A program made the translations under genes and the position numbers. A stretch of 64,000 nucleotides of DNA from an uncultured Ignavibacteria bacterium (GTDB taxonomy: Bacteria; Bacteroidota; Ignavibacteria; Ch128b), in assembly GCA_937944105.1 (NCBI GenBank), contig CALDZP010000033.1, positions 2,034-66,033 of the forward strand, written 5' to 3'. The notes beneath the pieces are model-generated. The model did not search any database, was not told the DNA's origin, and worked only from the letters and a program-made list of their open reading frames with translations. Below are positions 60,242-64,000 of the stretch, one piece after another (within the stretch, counting starts at the first letter, position 1; every line of letters starts with the position of its first letter).

Positions 60242-62995
60242 TCATTGAATCAGATTTCCATCGCTATCGATAAAGTGGATTTCACCCAAATTAAGCTCTA
60301 TGATTTCTTTTTCAATTTTTGCTCGATCACCGACAACAACCCAGACTAAATTATTTGGTTTAATTACTTTTTTAGCTGCTTCTTTAACTTCGTCAATATT
60401 GAGTGATTTTAGCTTTTGAGGATATTTTTGATAATAGTCATCTGGTAAATTGTACTTAACCATGGTTACAATCGAACCTGAAATTGCACGAATTGTTTCC
60501 CATGTTCCAGGTAAAGATAAAACTTCATTTTGTTTGTTTTTCTCAAGTTCTTCAATAGTTGGGGGTTTTGTGGTTACCATTTGCTCCAGTTCTTTTTTGA
60601 TCTCAATCATCGATTCTTTGGTTTTGTCGGTTTGAACAGAAGCATAAACTACAAAAGGTCGCTGACCTCTAGCTCCCATTAAGAATGAAGATGCACCATA
60701 TGACCAGTGTTTATCTTCTCTTAAATTCATGTTAATTCTTGATGTAAATGCACCACCAAAGATTGTATTCATCATTTCAATGGCAATGTCATCAGGATCG
60801 TTGCTTGGTGGAGCTATATGTCCCGCGAAGATTAATGATTGAATTGAACCAGGTCGATCAAGAATATAAACGAGTGATTTTTCTTTATGATTTACTTCAC
60901 TAATGTTCTTTACTGGAACAGTTCCAGGTTTCCATTCATCAAAAAGTTTTTCAAGCTTTGGAACTATCTCATCTAATGTAATATCACCTACTATCACAAG
61001 CGTGGAATTATTTGGTTTGAACCAGGTTTGATGATATTTAACTAAATCTTCTCTTGTAATTTTTTTGACTGATTCTTCAGTTCCGGAGCCAGTTAAAGGA
61101 TTCCCATAAGCGTGATTTTCACCATATAAAATTTTTGGGAATACTCTTAATGCCATTGATGTGGGAGTCACTTTTTCTCTTTGAATTGCCGCAATTGTTT
61201 GTGATTTTATTCGATTGAAGTCATCTTCAGGGAAGGATGGATTCAAGATAACATCAGAAAAAATCTCAAGACTTTCGTCGAGTTTGTTTTTCAGAGCCGA
61301 AAGGGTAACATAAGAGACATCAAGATCACTACCAGATCCCAGTGAAGCTCCCAGCAATGATAACTCCTCGCTTATTTGAAGTGCTGTTCTTTTCTTTGTT
61401 CCTTCATCAATCATTTCCATGGCGAGTTTACTTGTTCCGGGCAAAGCAAATTGATCTGAGGCATAACCAGCATCTACAACAAGATTAAAATTCACAACAG
61501 GAATTGAGTGTCGCTCAGCTAAAACAATTTTTAATCCATTTTTAAGTTGTGCTTTTTGTAAATCAGGGAATTTAATATCAGGTGGTGTTCCTGGATCTGG
61601 TAATTTTGATCGATCAACATCTGATTTGATAGCTTTTAATTCTGGATAAGGATGAACTTCAAGAATAAATACACCATCACTTAACCAAGCATTGGCAACA
61701 TCTTTAAGATTTCTGGTGGTCGCATTTCTAACCCAGCTAAGAACTTTTTTGTAATAATCAGGTGTCCCGCCAAAGACCTGATTCTGTGCCAGTATATCAC
61801 TCTTACCACCAAAACCACCAATTCTTTCAATACCACGAATGAAACTCGCTTCATATTCTGTTTTTACTCTTTCAAGTTCTTTTTCGGTAGGTCCTTCTTT
61901 TAAAAATTTATTTAATTCGTCGTCTAATGATTTTTCAACATTTTTCAAATCAATTCCTGGTTTTGCTGTGGCTACAATCATAAATTGACTTCCAATTTCA
62001 CCAGGTGAGGCATAGACTTGCACACTCGTACAGATTTGCTCATCATAAACCAACCTCTTATAAAGTCTTGATGTTTTACCACTTCCTAGAACATCACTGA
62101 CTAAATCAAGATAGGTTAATTCTTCACTTCCCCATTGAGGAATATTCCATACTTTATAAATTCTTGCTTGAGGAACGCGATCTTGCATTACCTGTCTTTT
62201 TGTTCCTGACATCTTAGCAATCCAGACCTGATGCTTTGCAATTGGTGGGCCAGGAGGAATATCACCAAAATATTTTTTTACTTTCTCATAAACTTCTTGA
62301 GTATTAACATCACCTGCAATAACCAGTACGGCGTTATTCGGTCCATAATAAGTTTTAAACCATTCATGCACATCTTCGAGAGTAGCGGCATTTAGATCTT
62401 CCATTGAACCAATTACTGTCCAAGAATAAGGATGGCCTGCTGGATAAGTTCCTTTTGTAATTAATTCCCAGACCTTTCCATAAGGTTGATTTTCGCTTTG
62501 ACGTTTTTCATTCTGAACAACCCCTCTTTGTTCATCGAGCTTTGCTTGATCCACTGCACCAAGTAAATGTCCCATTCTATCAGATTCCATCCATAAAGCT
62601 ATATCAAGAGCTGAAGTAGGAACATTTTGAAAGTAATTCGTTCTATCTTCATTCGTAGTTCCATTCAGGTCAGTTGCGCCAATTCTTTCCATTGCCTGAA
62701 AATAATCGTCATTAAAATTCTCGCTTCCGTTAAACATTAAATGCTCAAACAAATGAGCAAATCCTGTTTTTCCTGGCTTCTCATTTTTTGAACCCACGTG
62801 ATACCATACATTTACAGCAACAATTGGTGCTTTATGATCTTCATGAACAATGAGTGTTAACCCATTATCAAGAACAAATTTGGTATATGGTATATCAATA
62901 TTAAGTTGCATTTCTTTACCTTTCTTTTGTCCATATATATTAATGGATAAAGCCAATATTAAAATTACAAAAAGATTAGGTCTGATTCGCTCCAT
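60242..62995 (-). CDS. M16-family (pitrilysin/insulinase-like) zinc peptidase, tandem M16 modules, secreted
   Basis: HLFEHLMF inverted HxxEH zinc motif. 917 aa is about two M16 A/B modules. Signal peptide. Confidence 0.85.
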   Translation of the reverse strand: MERIRPNLFVILILALSINIYGQKKGKEMQLNIDIPYTKFVLDNGLTLIVHEDHKAPIVAVNVWYHVGSKNEKPGKTGFAHLFEHLMFNGSENFNDDYFQAMERIGATDLNGTTNEDRTNYFQNVPTSALDIALWMESDRMGHLLGAVDQAKLDEQRGVVQNEKRQSENQPYGKVWELITKGTYPAGHPYSWTVIGSMEDLNAATLEDVHEWFKTYYGPNNAVLVIAGDVNTQEVYEKVKKYFGDIPPGPPIAKHQVWIAKMSGTKRQVMQDRVPQARIYKVWNIPQWGSEELTYLDLVSDVLGSGKTSRLYKRLVYDEQICTSVQVYASPGEIGSQFMIVATAKPGIDLKNVEKSLDDELNKFLKEGPTEKELERVKTEYEASFIRGIERIGGFGGKSDILAQNQVFGGTPDYYKKVLSWVRNATTRNLKDVANAWLSDGVFILEVHPYPELKAIKSDVDRSKLPDPGTPPDIKFPDLQKAQLKNGLKIVLAERHSIPVVNFNLVVDAGYASDQFALPGTSKLAMEMIDEGTKKRTALQISEELSLLGASLGSGSDLDVSYVTLSALKNKLDESLEIFSDVILNPSFPEDDFNRIKSQTIAAIQREKVTPTSMALRVFPKILYGENHAYGNPLTGSGTEESVKKITREDLVKYHQTWFKPNNSTLVIVGDITLDEIVPKLEKLFDEWKPGTVPVKNISEVNHKEKSLVYILDRPGSIQSLIFAGHIAPPSNDPDDIAIEMMNTIFGGAFTSRINMNLREDKHWSYGASSFLMGARGQRPFVVYASVQTDKTKESMIEIKKELEQMVTTKPPTIEELEKNKQNEVLSLPGTWETIRAISGSIVTMVKYNLPDDYYQKYPQKLKSLNIDEVKEAAKKVIKPNNLVWVVVGDRAKIEKEIIELNLGEIHFIDSDGNLIQ

Positions 62996-63148
62996 ATTTT
63001 TTACCCTTTATTTGTTTTTCTTTAAATATTTTTTGAAATAAATACTCATTCGAACTTTCAGGTTGTTTTTGGTAAATTCAAAAAAACTAAAAGAGTTTGT
63101 TAAATTTAATTTATAAATCTACTCTTCCATTCAAGGTAAATAAGTTTT

Positions 63149-64000
63149 TCATTTTGTATCTAAATCAGAAACAGAGTCAGCACCTTCAGGCATTGGAAGA
63201 TAAAATTTTACCGGCCTAACAGTTCCATCTTTTTTTAGAACTCTTTCTACTCTCTTTTTAATTAAAACGCTATGTTCAATGTGAACATCATCTTCTACAA
63301 TGGTTCCAAACAAATAACTTGTACCTTTAATTAAAACATTTTTTCCAATTCTCAGCGGGTATTCATCACTGCCTGTCATATTTACACTTGATTCAATTCT
63401 CGAATTTTCACCAATTATAATATTACCTTTAATTATATCTCCCCAGAGGATTTCTACATTATCACCAATGATAAATTTTTGATGTGGAAAAGTTGACAGC
63501 AAGGCATTTTCCCAGATTTTAACATTCTTTCCAAAAATTACATTACCATCAACAAAAACATTTTTTTTGAGTTCAACTCCATAATTGAGTTTGACATTTT
63601 TACCAATGTGAACTCCTTTCCCAATTTTTATGTCAAGTGGAATCCCGGCTTTATCCATTTCCAAAATTTGATCAATAACTTCATCAGCAATAAAGAAATC
63701 ATCGGGATCATCAATTTCAATAATGTCTTTTAATTTATCATAAGCTTTCTGACGGGCAATTGCTTCCATTTCTTTCAAAACACTTTTAACATTAAAACCA
63801 AGAACAACACTTTGATCATCTGGTGAAGTTGCTTTTACTTTATATCCATATTTATTAAAAATTGAGATCAAATCAGTTATATAAATTTCTCCCTGAACAT
63901 TATCACTTGTAATTTCATGAATATGTTTTTTAAGAACATCGTATTTAACTGCATAGACACCAGCGTTAAATTCCGGGATTTTTAATAATTCATCTTTGGT
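63149..64000 (-). CDS. Sugar-phosphate nucleotidyltransferase with C-terminal left-handed beta-helix (GlmU/GCD1-like); N-terminus outside the window
   Basis: The frame stays open to the window edge (TKDELLKIPEFNAGVYAVKYD...). The C-terminal part carries hexapeptide repeats (IGKNVKLNYGVELKKNVFVDGNVIFGKNVKI). Confidence 0.7.
   Translation of the reverse strand, partial: TKDELLKIPEFNAGVYAVKYDVLKKHIHEITSDNVQGEIYITDLISIFNKYGYKVKATSPDDQSVVLGFNVKSVLKEMEAIARQKAYDKLKDIIEIDDPDDFFIADEVIDQILEMDKAGIPLDIKIGKGVHIGKNVKLNYGVELKKNVFVDGNVIFGKNVKIWENALLSTFPHQKFIIGDNVEILWGDIIKGNIIIGENSRIESSVNMTGSDEYPLRIGKNVLIKGTSYLFGTIVEDDVHIEHSVLIKKRVERVLKKDGTVRPVKFYLPMPEGADSVSDLDTK

Noticed and set aside
1-64000. Prophage, integrative element or insertion sequence in the window
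   Set aside because: There is no integrase, transposase, recombinase, phage structural gene or flanking direct repeat pair. The hicAB block is the only clearly mobile-type cargo.

Overview
This is a 64-kb, AT-rich (roughly 65-70% A+T by eye), gene-dense chromosomal window. Shine-Dalgarno-type ribosome-binding sites are present, and one secreted peptidase carries a type IX secretion C-terminal sorting domain. I take this as pointing to an Ignavibacteria/Chlorobi-like member of the FCB group; that is an inference, not a database result. Most of the window is housekeeping: acs, queG, trxB, slyD, era, ispF, lnt, purL, gpmA, recN, hemW, three peptidases, and a xanthine-dehydrogenase-like molybdenum hydroxylase cluster. 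I see no rRNA, tRNA, CRISPR array, integrase or transposase. Six stretches look non-housekeeping or unusual:
1. A 1.57-kb ORF-free region between convergent genes (31006-32576). It holds a decaying tandem array of about 42 bp built on a 26-nt quasi-palindrome with conserved spacers, plus a separate pair of TTCG-loop hairpin repeats. I regard this as a candidate ncRNA or satellite locus.
2. A HicA/HicB toxin-antitoxin pair with a perfect 16-bp palindromic operator, tightly followed by an unknown gene (10792-12103).
3. A translationally coupled three-gene cassette of unknown function (40012-42613): a charged cytoplasmic protein, a polytopic membrane protein and a small THEP1-like P-loop NTPase.
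4. A pair made of a beta-barrel-like protein and a CxxCH lipoprotein, with a clear promoter and a clear terminator (42788-43947).
5. An orphan CcmE-like OB-fold protein with a non-canonical His motif (59745-60092).
6. A UpxY/NusG-like antiterminator placed at the 3' end of a glycosyltransferase / nucleoside-deoxyribosyltransferase-like gene block (1-1481).
All functional calls rest on motif and domain recognition from the translated ORFs. No searches were run.
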